This document shows, one piece after another, positions 17,888 to 34,418 of a DNA stretch of 64,000 nt. Source of the stretch: Salpingoeca rosetta. Lineage: Eukaryota; Protista; Choanoflagellata. The stretch lies in contig JAWQFM010000029.1 in NCBI GenBank assembly GCA_033442325.1, positions 214,966-278,965 of the forward strand, read 5' to 3'. The position numbers and the translations under genes were made by a program. The notes beneath the pieces were generated by a model. That model was not told the origin of the DNA, did no database searches, and worked only from the letters and a program-made list of their open reading frames with translations. The stretch's first letter is position 1. Each line of letters begins with the position of its first letter.

Positions 17888-20800
17888 AAGGAGGCTTAAA
17901 CGATACGAGAGAGGACGAGAGAGGACGAAGCAGCACGTCAATGAACAATGCCTCCTGTTGGCACGCATGCCACCTCGCGTTTCACCTCCCCTGTTACCCA
18001 CTTTTCAAAAAGATGCCACTTTCTCGTGCACAGTGACCTGCGTGCGTTGCACAATTGCTGCCACTAAAATCGATGTTTACCCCACGAATCAGTTTAAGAA
18101 ATGACGCCAGTGAAGCGAATTCTGCTCGAGCTACGGGGAGGTAGAGGGCCAGAGAGATACAAAGAGATAAAGGCAGAGACAGAGAGACAGGGTGAAGAGA
18201 GACAAAAAAATAGATACAGGCAGAGATACAGCCGGGCAGTTGCAGAGTCGGCTGGCACGCTTGTGCAATCATGCATTTGTCATTCTGTTCGCACAACATA
18301 CGGAGCGCCCTGTCTCACACTCAACGACAGCCGCAAACTGCTTCTCCTCCTCAGCCGTCATCCTCGACGTGCTGTGGCACTCCTTGATGCAGCTGTCTGC
18401 GCCGTTCGCACTGCTCCCGGCGCGCCATGGCCAGCACGCACTGGAACATCACGTTGCATCCGCCCGTGCAATGGGAGATGACATCCTTGCACACGTACTT
18501 CTCGCAGATTGAGGAACCGGGGCTCTGGCCGCCGTCGTCCGCGCTGCTGCAGTGCATGTGCCACTCGCACGAGTCCTGGCTGTCGCACTTGGTGGCGTCG
18601 CTGATGGCCGTGCAGCTGCGCAGGTGGCAGTGGCCGCTCACGTCCCACGCACATCCGTCCTCAGCCTCGCACAGGTCCTTGTCCGTGCCAGTGCACTTTC
18701 CGTCCGTTGGGTGTTGCGCAGTGCTCCGATGGGCGACACCCGGCCGCGTTGCTGCACGCCTCCAGGTCGCCCTCAAACACCCCGCAGTACCCGCCATCGT
18801 CGTTGCTGTTGCTTCCGCACACGTCCGACCACGCGCACCCGGCGCTCATGCAGGCATCGCTCATCTGCAAATGCCCAGCAGCAACAACCAACAACGACAA
18901 CAACAACCAACGACAACAACAACCAACAGCAACAACAACCAACAACCAACAACCAACAACGACAACAAGAAACAACACACAGAGGCAAGCGCCATTGTCA
19001 GCAGCATCATCAACAAAAAGCACACTCATTGACAAAGCAACACATGTCTCCGTTTCCCCGTCACACCACGCTGCTCCTGCCCTCCACCCCCCCCCCAAAC
19101 AAACACGCACGAGCATCACGAGCACCACTGCGTACCGTGAATTGGTTGCAGTCGTGCACGCCAATGCAACACCGCTTGTTGGCATAGCTTGGCAGGCACA
19201 CGTCCGTGGGCCCGTGCTCGTATTGCGCCAATGGCCATGTCGTAGATCGATGCTGTTAATCGCAAACTGGAGCGCCTGGCTCGTGTCCTCGTCCGTGGCC
19301 TGCAGCGTGCCGACGACGAACGGAAGCGCCGTCGTGTTCTCGGGAAGCCTGTTGCTGGTGATGGTGGGCGTTGTCGGGGCGTCGTTCCTGTCCTGCACAA
19401 ACACGAGGATCTGCGATGTGGCGGAGAGGCCGCCTTGGTCTGTCGCGGTGACGGTGACAACGAACACGGACCGCACCTCGTAGTTCAGCGTCGCGCCCGC
19501 TGCCAGCACCAGCTGCACCGTGCGCCGGTCGGTCGCTGTCTGGAACGAGCGCGAACTTGCCAGAGGCGTCGGTGAGCAGGAACGTGTGCGTGTCGTTGGC
19601 GATGCTGTCTGGGTCCTGCACGGCGAGTGAGCCGGCCACGGTGCCCGGGAGCGCATGCTCGGAGATGAAAGGACACGCCGTTGGGGACGTCAGATGTGGG
19701 CGACTCGTTCAAGTCTTGCACGAGCAGCGTAAACTGCTGTGACACCGCAAGGGAGCTGTCGCGGGCATCGCGCGCGGTGACGTTGATGATGACGAAGGAC
19801 GACTGCGACTCAAAATCGAGTGACGACCGGTTGACAAACAGTGGCTGGTTCTCAATGTAGGCGACGCCGGCTGGGGACACGTCAAACACAAACGGCTGCG
19901 GGTCTGCGGTGGCATCGGCCGTGTCCGGATCCAGCACGTGCACGGCACCCACCATCCACAACAACGGCGCCGTCGTCACGTCCACCTTCAACATCAACGT
20001 CGCTGACATCAACGAGCCGCCCACAGACGTGGTCGTGCACGCCATCAACGACACGTCGCAGCAGCCGCTACAGCAGTTCCCTGTGCCCGAGCAGCCAGCA
20101 CACGCCACAACAGCAGCGCAGACGTGGTGACGACAGGGTTGGCCTCGTGGTTGAGCGGCGCTGCAGACTTGACCAGCAGCATGTCGCCCATGATTTGAAA
20201 GGCTGCAGCGGCTGTTGAGCCTTGCGGAGACACAAGTGCGTATGTGAAGATGTCACCAGCATCTTGGTCCACGGTGCTGATGCGGGATACAAGGGTGCCA
20301 GCTGGCATGCTCTCTGCAATGCTGGTGGTATCAAGCAGCACGGCTGTTGGCGCGTCGTTGTTGTCTTCAACGTTGATGCGCACAAGAAAGTCAGCCGACA
20401 GGTGGGAAATGGTGCCGTTGTCTGTTGCACGCACGACAGCCTCGATGGCCGACCCATCCACCTCAAAGTCCAGTGCGCGCGTGATCTCCAGAGTGGGAGA
20501 AGCTGCACCTGCACCACCACTGCCACCACTGCAACTGCCACCATTTGTCCAGCGGGAAGGTGTTCTCTGGCACGCGCGTGGTGTTGATGAGAGCACCTGC
20601 AGCGTGTGGCTCTGGTGGGTGTCTGGGTCTTCCACAGTGACAGTGACGAGAGGCAGCGGGAAGGTGTTCTCTGGCACGCGCGTGGTACTGAGGGAGATGC
20701 GTTCTGGCGGCCTGTTGGTGTCATCACTGCACGTCGGGCCACCCCACTCGCCGACACATGCGCACTCAAACGCGTTCACCAGGTCCGTGCACACGCCGCC

Positions 20801-23800
20801 GTTCATGCACGGCTGGGCAGCGCACTCGTCCACCTCCACACACGTCCCTTGGAACGTGTAGTTGCCTGTCGCCGTGCAAGTAGCCGTGTAGGTGGCGGTA
20901 GCCTGTGCATCGCCCGTGGTGGTGTACCCATCATCGCACGTGTACAGCGCCTGCTGCTGGTAGGTGCGGGGCTGGTGTTGGCTGGCCATGGTGGCAAAGG
21001 GACGAGAAGGCGGCAGCCCACACGACAGCACATCGCACGAGCGCCCATCCGCTTGCAGCTCAAACCCGGCAGGGCAGGAGCACTCAAACGACCCAATTGT
21101 GTTGGTACATGCGTCTTGGCACGCCTTGCTGAACGACTGCTCTTGCCGGTTGCGGCCGTGTAGGCTGCATACGCGTCTGGGTCGCACTCGTTGACGTCAC
21201 GACACGCCAGCTCCGTGTTGGTGTAGGTCTGATCGGCCCGGCACGTGCGGGTGAACGAGGTCATGTAGGCAGGCGTGCTGTCTGGAGGAAGGAGCGTGGT
21301 GAGCGTGCTGCCGGATGTGGTGTCGTAAACGACGTTACCGGAGCGGCACGAGTACACGACAGAGTCCTCAAAGTGGACGTCTACCCCTGGTGACTGGTGA
21401 CTGGGATGTGATGGTGGCTGCATCCGCAGTTGCCGGTGCTGGGCACTGCACGCGTTGGGCGCACAGGTCGCCCTGGAAGCCCGTGCCTTCGCAGGAGCAC
21501 GTGAAGTCTGCCACGAGGTCTGTGCAGGTGCCGGGCCAACAAGGGTTGGGGCTGCAGTCGTCGATGTTATCGGCACACGTGTCGCCCTCAAACCCGGTCG
21601 GGCAGGCACATCCGAATGCCTTGATGCGAGTACCGGCAGGCAGGGCCGTGGTGACGTCGTAGGTGAGCGGGTCACGGCGCGCCGTTGCTTGCGGGGCGGT
21701 CGCAGATGCCGGGTGGACGATGGTGAAGATGCTGGTGGCAACGCGGTACTCCACCTCTGCCAACACGCTTGAGTTGCCGGGCACCTGCTCGCTTGCCAGC
21801 ACGTGCACGCAGCGCTCGTCGGTTGTGGATGTCACGCCCGTGGTCTGCCACACGCCGGCGGTGTTGGGGATGCTGGACAAGGCGGTGAGGGTTGCCTGTC
21901 GCAGCTGGGTGCTGGTGTATGCCGATGTTTCATTGGCGGCGAAGCACACGATGAAGCCAGCGCGCGTCGTGCAAGTGCCACGCACGCAGGGCGACGAGGA
22001 CTCGCAGGTGGCGACGGGGAACGACAGCGGCGTGGACGTGGGTGGCGGTGTGGTGCCGCCTGTGACAGACGGGTTTTGTGGTGGTCGTGGATGTGATGGC
22101 AGAGGGGCGGATGATGGCGAGCCGCTGGGTGGAGAGGGTGCTCCCATCCGTCATGTGCAGCACAATTGGGCTTGGCGAGACGGGGATGGCGGCGGTGGAG
22201 CGGAGGTCTACCCGCTGCAGCCGCACGCGAATGCTGGACTGGATGACAGCTCGTCTCTGTGATGAGGAGGTTGCCAATGGTGATGTTGTCGATGGGCAGG
22301 GTGCTGAGGTCGCGGTCCTGCGCCACGACGAGCACGTCCACCACGTCAAGCGCCGTCTCCGTGTCGATGGTGTCCGGGAAGAGCTGGCTGGACAGCGTAC
22401 GTGCATGTGCGGTTGTCGCTGCTGAGCATGCTGTCGGGTGCAGTGCACGCGCACGCGTACGAGCCGTTGGTGTTGATGCACTGCTGCAGGCTGCTGAGGT
22501 GGCGGCGGGCCTGCGCCACCGACGCGCACTCGTCAATGTCCACGCAGGTTGCCGATGGCGCACCGAGTCTGCCGCTGGCGGTGCAGGTGCGAAAGACCAG
22601 CGCAGGCCCGTCCTCGCTGGCGGAGCTGCGAAACCCAGAGAGGCGCTGGAAGACAGCACGCTCGTCGTCGGCAATGCTGTTGTCTGGCGCCTCAGGGAAC
22701 AGCTGCGCGCTGAACTGCGGGGTGGTGTCTTGCGTGACGTTGCAGGTGATGAGGTGCTGGCATTGTGGGCCAAAGAACCCTGTTCCCGTACAGTTGCACG
22801 CGTACGCTGCCGGAGTGTCGATGCATGTTCCATGCACGCAGGGCGCAGACGCACAACCATCCTCGGCCTCGTACACGCGCAGGAGCTGCGCGGACGTGAG
22901 GACGTGAGGGGGGAGGCGGGGAGTGAAGAAGGCGAACTGCATGCGTACACATGCGCGGCGATTCACACACACGCACATACACACACGCACATACACACAC
23001 AGACACAGACATACATACACATGTACACAACTACCCACATACACGCACCCCATGCATACACATGTGCATACACGCAGATATGCACACACCTGGGCAGTGA
23101 AAAGCCTTCTGTCTGCTACTTTGAACTGGCGGTGGTTGCGAGCATCGTTGTTGCTGCCCGAAGCGCGCTTGGATTCAAAAGCCCACCCAATCCTCGATGC
23201 CACAGCCTATGACGTGCACACACACGCACACACACGCGCACACACACGCACATAAGTGAGCAGACACGGCGTCGTGCCTTCGAGCATGCGCTGAACACCA
23301 CAACCACAGCACACTGGTGTGCGTATTGCTTACTGACAGCTGCGCACGTGAATCTCCTCCATCCCCAACGCTCTGCAAGCGCTACATGCGCTGAGAGCGA
23401 TACCTTCGGTGCAACGGTGGTTTGCGATGGTGATGCTGCCGCTGCTTCAGTGCAAATAACGGTGGCGAAGAGGACAATGGTGAGGAGGACGATGGGGATG
23501 ACATCAAGGGGGTCTGTGACAGAAGGGGTGTCCGTAGCGCTGTCGCTGTAGCCGTCGTCGCGGACATGGGTGACGGTGGCGCCGTGTTAGGGAAGGGAGC
23601 TGACGACGTCCCGGCTCCTATCGTCGCCGTGTGTTTGTGTGTGTGTGTGTGTGCAGTGCGGCGTGCAAACAAGGAGAAAAGAAAAGTTGTGCGCGCGTGC
23701 GTGTGTGTGTGTGTGTGGGGCACAGCGACAGCAACAGCAACAGCGACAACCACAGCCACAACAACAACAACCACAACAACAGCAGCAACAACCACAACAA

Positions 23801-24271
23801 CAGCACCGCCACCAACACCGCTGCACACGATAGGAGCCGGTATGTGCTCATCGACTCGCGTGTGCAGTGGTGTTTGTGGGTGTCGGTGTGCAGTGCGGCG
23901 TGCAGTGCAGTGCGGCGTGCAGTGCAGTGCGGCGTGCAGTGCAGTGCGGCGTGCAAACTAGGAGAAAAGAAAAGTTGTGCGCGCGCGTGTGCGTGTGTGG
24001 GGGGGGGCACAGCGACAGCAACAACAACAGCGACAACCACAGCCACAACAACAACAACAACCACAACAACAGCAGCAACAACCACAACAACAGCACCGCC
24101 ACCGACACCGCTGCACACGATAGGAGCCGGTATGTGCTCATCGACTCGCGTGTGCAGTGGTGTTTGTGGGTGTCGGTGTGCAGTGCGGCGTGCAGTGCAG
24201 TGCGGCGTGCAAACAAGGAGAAAAGAAAAGTTGTGCGCGTGTGGCCTGTGTGTACGCGCGCGCACGCGTGT

Positions 24272-24309
<38 letters not shown>

Positions 24310-24700
24310 TAGCCGAGCCCGAAGGCGCATTGTCTGGTACGCGTGCGGGCAACGCCACGGTCGCATTGTCTGGTACGCGTGCGGGCAACGCCACGGTCAC
24401 TGATGGCGATGCCGGCGCGTGTGGCGGGCGAGTCATCCACGTCGTCGCTGGCATTGCTGTTGATGGGAGCGGCGAACACGATGGAGGCGCCGTCCACAGC
24501 TACGAACGCGCTGTCTTGGCTGCCAGCAACGACGCTGACGGGCGTGCCTTCTGGGTCTGTGAATGCGAGTGTGGCAGTCACGGTCCCAATAGCCATCGTC
24601 TCGGTCGATGGCGGCGACGTTAAAGGTGCGCGTGGGCTGCATTTCAAAGTCAAGCCGTGCCGCTGCCAAGATCAGGGTCACCCACCCCGTTGGTCTGCGC
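17500..24700 (-). pseudogene. Decayed cadherin/EGF/Sushi cell-surface gene(s)
   Basis: Cadherin motifs (LDFE, ATDNG, VEDNNDAP, VQDLNESP, VQDRNDAP), calcium-binding EGF (VDECAAQPCMNGGVCTDLVNAFEC), Sushi-like (YTCDDGY) and Cys-rich repeats at 18300-18870. Multiple frame changes without introns (e.g. ~19530, ~21170, ~21390, ~24600) and an internal inversion. Confidence 0.75.
23660..24240. repeat. ~300-bp tandem duplication
   Basis: The block AGGAGAAAAGAAAAGTTGTGCGCG...CACAGCGACAGCAAC...GATAGGAGCCGGTATGTGCTCATCGACTCGCG occurs twice, plus the start of a third copy. Confidence 0.85.
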
Positions 24701-24853
24701 AATGAATAATCAACAACATATGTGGGAGTGCGTGAGAGAGAGAGAGAGTGTGTGTGTGTGTGAGTGCGTGAGAGAGAGAGAGGGTGTGTGAGCTTGTGAG
24801 AGGGAGTGGGGGGCGTGGATATGTGTGAAAGTGATCGAGAGACGAACACACGC

Positions 24854-24885
<32 letters not shown>

Positions 24886-25188
24886 GCACACGCACACGCA
24901 CACGCACGGGTACGCACCATGACGTTGAGGGCTGAGGATGTCGATATTACAGCCCAACGTGGAGCGCATGCTGGAGCCGGTGCGACCCAGGTCGAAGTGT
25001 ACAAACCCCCTTGGTGTATGTCCCGGGTGGTGATGACAGCGGTGCGCAAGCGAGTACATGTGTGTGAGTGTGTGTGAGTGTGTGTGAGTGTGTGCGTGAG
25101 GGAGTGTGAGCGCGTATGTGTGCCTGCATGCGTGTGTGCGCGAGGGAGTGTGTGGGTAAAACACTCGTGGTTGCTACTGGTGCAGATG

Positions 25189-25219
<31 letters not shown>

Positions 25220-25220
25220 G

Positions 25221-25277
<57 letters not shown>

Positions 25278-25565
25278 GCAGCAGCAGCAGCAACAGCAAC
25301 AACAGCACCGCCACAACAACAGACAACCACAGACAACCACCCATACTTCCATACCTGCAGGAGTAAGGTGTCATGTGACGTGGAGGGCGCGAGATGCCCG
25401 GGCGCGACTGTGCGCGCGTGCCTGCCTGCATGTGTGTGTGTGTGTGTGCGTGACACGCGATGGAGGGGGATGAGCATCAGGACGAGCCAATGGCAGAATA
25501 GCACAAGCAGACACGATGTGGCGCGCATCCAGAAACCACCCCCCCCACCAAACCACCCCCCCCAC

Positions 25566-25599
<34 letters not shown>

Positions 25600-25714
25600 T
25601 ACACACACATACACACACATACACACACATACACACACATATATATACATACACACACATACACACACATACATGCACACACATACACACACATACACAC
25701 ACACACATACACAT

Positions 25715-25785
<71 letters not shown>

Positions 25786-26336
25786 GTAGATCGCACGCAG
25801 ATGTCTCCAAAATCCTTCCCGCGAAATGCCTCTCATTGCTGCGAACTGCGTAAGATTTCCACGAATTTTCCCAAGCAAACATGGCGAAGCACTCCAAGCA
25901 AACATGGCTGCTGCTGTATTGCCACACGACCAGCTGGTGAACAGCGCAGGTCGACGGAAGCGACGCGCGCCCCAACAACGACGCCGACAATCACACCAGC
26001 AGCGGACTGCCAGCACCAGCACCCGATACCCACGTGCATGTGATGGTCAAGCGCTCCTTCTTGCAGCCCGTGTCGGCCACATGCTATGATGCGTCGTGCA
26101 GCCGCCCTCGCCAACAGCCGCAGCTCACGGTCTCCGGCTGCACCCCCATCGACCCCATCCCGCCTCTTTGACGGCGCTTTCGCCGACCCGTTGCATCTGC
26201 ACTGCTGGTACCCCTGCGCGCGCAGCACAACCACCATCGTCAACATCATCAGCAGCATCAACCCATCGCCGCTGGGCGAACCGTCACCACCCTCTGGCCG
26301 CGGCCGCTGTCGTCATTCTACCAGCTGCCACCGGAC

Positions 26337-26558
26337 ATGATGGAGGCGAAGCGGTTTGGTGGGTATCTTGATATCTTGATGTGTCGATTCGAACATCGCA
26401 CCATTGCTGTACTTGTGTGAGTGTGTGTGTGTGTGTCTGTGTGTGAGTGCGCGTGTGTGCTTTCCTGTTTTGTTTTTGGTTTGCTACGGCGCGATGTCGT
26501 ACGACCGCTGTGACTTTGAACCGTGCTCATTCTGCACTCATCACCACCGTGCATGCAT

Positions 26559-26617
<59 letters not shown>

Positions 26618-28207
26618 CACACAACACAGGCCGCTGCTGGCGATGCTGGCGACACCAACGACGGCAACAACAACGACAACAACATCAACAGCGGCAATGA
26701 CGACGGCAACAGCGATAACGATGGCTGGAACCAACACCCACTCGAGCGCAGCCCGATGATTGGTGCGCATGCGAGCGCGTTTCCCTCACGTGCCTGTGTC
26801 TGTGGTATTGTGACATCCAGCACGGACTTGGGGTTGGCATTGCGTACACGCAGGTGCATGCTTCTGCACGTGTACATCGTTGTGTGTGCGTGGTTACGGG
26901 CGCGTGTGCGTATGTGTGCGTGGTTACGGTGTTGTGCGTGTTTGTTTGTTTGCGTGCGTGCAGTTGTTTCATGTGCGTGAGCGCATGTTGCTTGTCCTCG
27001 TCATCGGATGTGAGTAGCTCACCTGTCTCTGTTACACATTGCAGGGGTGCTGTGGAGACGATCATGGTGATGATCAACTCTATCATGGGCCGCGACAGCA
27101 GGCGCTCTTTGCTCCACATCATCGTGAAGAAGCGGTGCGTACACCTGCCACATTTAATTCACATGCTGTGCTGTTTCACCTTCACACACACGCACACACA
27201 CACACACACGCACACACACACGCACACACACGCACGCACACACACACACACGCACACACACACACACACGCACACACACGCACGCACACACGCACGCACA
27301 CGCACACACACACACACACACACACGCACGCACGCACACGTCCCTTACTGCTGCAAACCACAATCATCGCTGTCGTGTGTTCTGTTGTACCAGGCCCATC
27401 GGGTGGCTGCTGTCGCTATTCCCTTTTCCAACAGCAGAATCTTGCATACACAGCTGCACTCATCCAGGATCGAGCGGGACCGACCGCGGTGCCGCCACCA
27501 CACATACAGGTGGGGCGTGTGGCTGTGAGTGATCTGGTGGCTCTTGCACTTCCGACTAATGTGCTTGCTCTGGCCATGCCTGTTTATGCACGTGTGTCGC
27601 CTCCCACCTATGTGTTTTGCACACACACACAACACACAGACACAACACACACACATGCACATACACACATACACACACACACACACACATACACACATAC
27701 ACTCAGCGGTGCTCAGCACTCAGGAACAGATTAGGATATCCTGGACCAGCTGCACCGAGAGCATGCACAGCGCCTGACGCGCGCAGATGCGATCAAACGA
27801 ATGGTGCAGGAACGACAAGGGCAACAGCAGCAGCAGCCATCACCACCACCACCAGCAGCAATAGGAACAACCACCGCAAGAGATGCCATTTCTCGCCCAA
27901 ACTCTCTCTGCATCTCGTGCACACCCCGTTGATGACCTCGCACCCGCGATCATGCGCATCATTACTGACTGGACAGCCAGCAAAAGCACAACCACTCAAG
28001 CCTCCACGGCTCTCACACACACGCACACACACACACACATGTGGAGTCAACCACAACAGCCCCAGCTGTCGCTGCGGCGCCAACTACCGCTGGCACCGGG
28101 GTCGACTGAGGCTGTCGAATGGAGTGGTTGACTATCTGGAGGAACTACTGGCTTTGGATGCACCCTCCCCCCCATCGCGGCCGACGCTGAAGGCGATATC
28201 TGATTGA
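26337..28207 (+). CDS. Hypothetical multi-exon gene (may be separate from, or the 5' part of, the EXS gene)
   Basis: GC-rich exon-like blocks (~26630-26760, 27045-27135, 27393-27509, 27707-28207) bounded by GT/AG between microsatellite introns. No recognisable motif. Confidence 0.3.
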
Positions 28208-28552
28208 CGCCCTGTCCCTGATGGATGCCCTGTCTCTTTGCTGTCACTGCTCTCGTTGCCGTCACGGTTGTCGTGCGCGTGTCCATTGTTCCCAACCAAT
28301 ACAACGCCCAACAGTGCACAGCCCCCGAACAAGATCAAACATATCCCCTCAACAGGGAGNNNNNNNNNNNNNNNNNNNNNNNNNNNNNNNNNNNNNNNNN
28401 NNNNNNNNNNNNNNNNNNNNNNNNNNNNNNNNNNNNNNNNNNNNNNNNNNNNNNNNNNNNNNNNNNNNNNNNNNNNNNNNNNNNNNNNNNNNNNNNNNNN
28501 NNNNNNNNNNNNNNNCTCTCTGTCTCTGTCTCACTCTCTGTCTCTCTCTCTG

Positions 28553-28583
<31 letters not shown>

Positions 28584-28619
28584 GTCTCTCTCTCTCTGTC
28601 TCTGTCTCTCTCTCTCTCT

Positions 28620-28660
<41 letters not shown>

Positions 28661-28835
28661 AGTATGCTTGCACTCTCGCGGTAGTGATTCCAATGACCAC
28701 TCGCACTTTGGCTTCCTTCTCAGCGTCGCTCACACTCATACGCTCACGCATACACCATACATCATGTTCTCCAACCCCAATTCCATGGAGCAGGTCGTTG
28801 TTGTCGCTTCACCCGACGTCCGCGCAGTTTACAGA

Positions 28836-30344
28836 CATCTTGTATGGCGTGAAGACGCTATCGCTGACCCTCATTGGGTGGTACACGCTGCATGAGGTGT
28901 TTGTGTACTACGGCTTCTCCCTCGGGCGCTGGCTGGCGCAAGTGGCCTTCTGGGTCACGCTGCTTGTGCTGTGCATCTTCTCCAACCACAAGCTCTATCG
29001 GGGCTTCCGTGCATTCTTTTATGAGCGCCTGCACACGTTCTTCACCTTCTCGGAAGTCAAGTTTGTCGACGTGCTCACCGCAGATGCCCTCACCTCAATG
29101 TCCAAACTCCTCGCCGACATGCAGGTGTGTGTTTGGGGTGTGTGTGTGTGTGGGGGGGGGTGAGATGAGCGTGTGTGCAGTGTGTGTACGTGTGTGTGTG
29201 TGTGCTTGTGTGCGCACATGTGTGTACGTGTGTGTGTGTGCTATGTGTGCACATGTGTGCGCGCACATGTGCGTATGTGTGTGTGTGTGTGTGTGCGAGT
29301 CGGCATGAGCGTTGTGGTCACGGCACACGCACACAGGGCTTCGAGCCAGCCATCATTCACCAATTCACTCGTTGCCCCAACACACACACACATACACACG
29401 CACACATGTGGCGCAGATTGTCGTTTGCTCGATTGTGGGGGTGCTGAGCCTGAACTTTGATGCGGGGAACACGCGGTGCATGCACAGCGTGGTGGCGCCG
29501 GTGCTGGCAAGCCTGCCATACCTCATCCGTGCCATCCAGTGCTACCGCGCATACCTCAGCACGGGATCCTCGCACCATCTCGTGAACCTTGGCAAGTACC
29601 TGTCCTCCTTCCCCGTCATCTGGACCTCCGCCCTGAAGCACCAGCTTGCGCCCGTCGAAGGCGTGCGTCTTGACAAACACGACCAGTACCTTCAACTGCT
29701 CTGGCTCTACACTGTCACCATCAACACCCTCTACTCGTACCTGTGGGACATTCTCATGGATTGGGGCCTGTGCCGCTCGCCACGCGCCAAGCACGTTTTA
29801 TTGCGTGATGACCTGCATTTTAAACGCCCCTGGTTGTATTACACGGCCATGGCTGGGGATCTTGCCCTACGCCTGTGCTGGAGCCTCAAACTCTCCTCGC
29901 ACCTCCAACAACACGCTTCAGGTGTGTGTGTGTGTTGTGTGCATGTTTGTGTGTCTGCTTGTGCGTGCGTGCGTGCGTGCGTGCGTGTGCATGTTTGTTT
30001 GTGTGCGTGTGAGTGTGTGTGTGTGTGTGCATGTGTGTGCATATGCTTGCGTTTGGTGATTTGGTACTCAACTGCTGAACAAGCTGCGATTCCTGTTGGT
30101 GCTCGTGTCTCACCCTTGTTTACTCTCACCCTAATTCACCCTCACCATCACCACCATTGCCACCCACCGCTGCACAACAACAGGGCAAGCGTTTGCGTTT
30201 CTGTTTGAGGTGCTTGAGGTGTTCAGGCGGTTCGTGTGGAATTTCTTCCGTGTGGAGTGGCAGTACATACAGGAACGCCACAAACACACCACCCGCGAGC
30301 TCACAGCCGTCCTGCATACTTCTAGTCCGCGGGCCTTGACATAG
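28836..30344 (+). CDS. EXS-family (ERD1/XPR1/SYG1) membrane protein, 3' exons
   Basis: VKFVDVLTADALTSMSK, LPYLIRAIQCYR, HLVNLGKY, YSYLWDILMDWGL and LEVFRRFVWNFFRVEW. Exons ~28836-29124, 29417-29921 and 30184-30344; the 5' end is obscured by a gap. Confidence 0.9.
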
Positions 30345-30881
30345 CAGACCGACCGCAAGCACGCTTCGATAACGCGCACGCACGTGTTTTTGATGCGTGT
30401 TACATGTCAGCGCGACAGGCTTGTTCATGCGTACAGGTGTTTGTTTGTGCGTGCTGGAGTGTTTGTATTTGACAGAAGCGAGTGAGAGCACACGTGTCAT
30501 TTCTGGTGTGATGACGGTGGTGTGGTGCTGTGGCAGGAGAGACAGTTACCAGGTATCCTGTGATGCGCTGTGCAGACTTTTACGGGTAGGAGGTGTACAC
30601 AGCAGGCGCTTGCTTGCATGCAGACAAGGCTCACACCCACGATCACACGTGGCAAAGAGAGCTGTGGGTTTAGTTGGTGTTGACGTTGTTACAGTAGGAA
30701 AGCCAGGCATTTCACAGCAAGTAAACAACACTTCAATTCACGCTGATGGGGGCATGATATGGCCATGTAACAATGTATGTGTGTGAGAGAGAGTGTGTGA
30801 GAGAGAGAGTGTGTGTGAGAGTGTGTGTGTGTGAGAGAGTGTGTGTGTGTGTGAGTGTGTGAGAAAGTGTGTGTGTGTGTG

Positions 30882-34239
<3,358 letters not shown>

Positions 34240-34418
34240 CAACTTCCGAGGTGAGTGTTGAGAGGGTGTGTGTTGCGCTTGCGCTGAAAGTCGGTCGGTC
34301 TCCTCGTCTGCTTTGTGTGCACTAATCATTTTGTGGTGTCGTGTCACGTAGGCGGATACAACCTCGATCCACACCAACCAACCAACCCACACAACACCAA
34401 CCAACACACCCACACAAG

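Noticed and set aside
24700-25800. ORFs rich in CV, HT, poly-M, poly-H or poly-C, here and throughout the window
   Set aside because: Translations of (TG)n, (CA)n and trinucleotide microsatellites.
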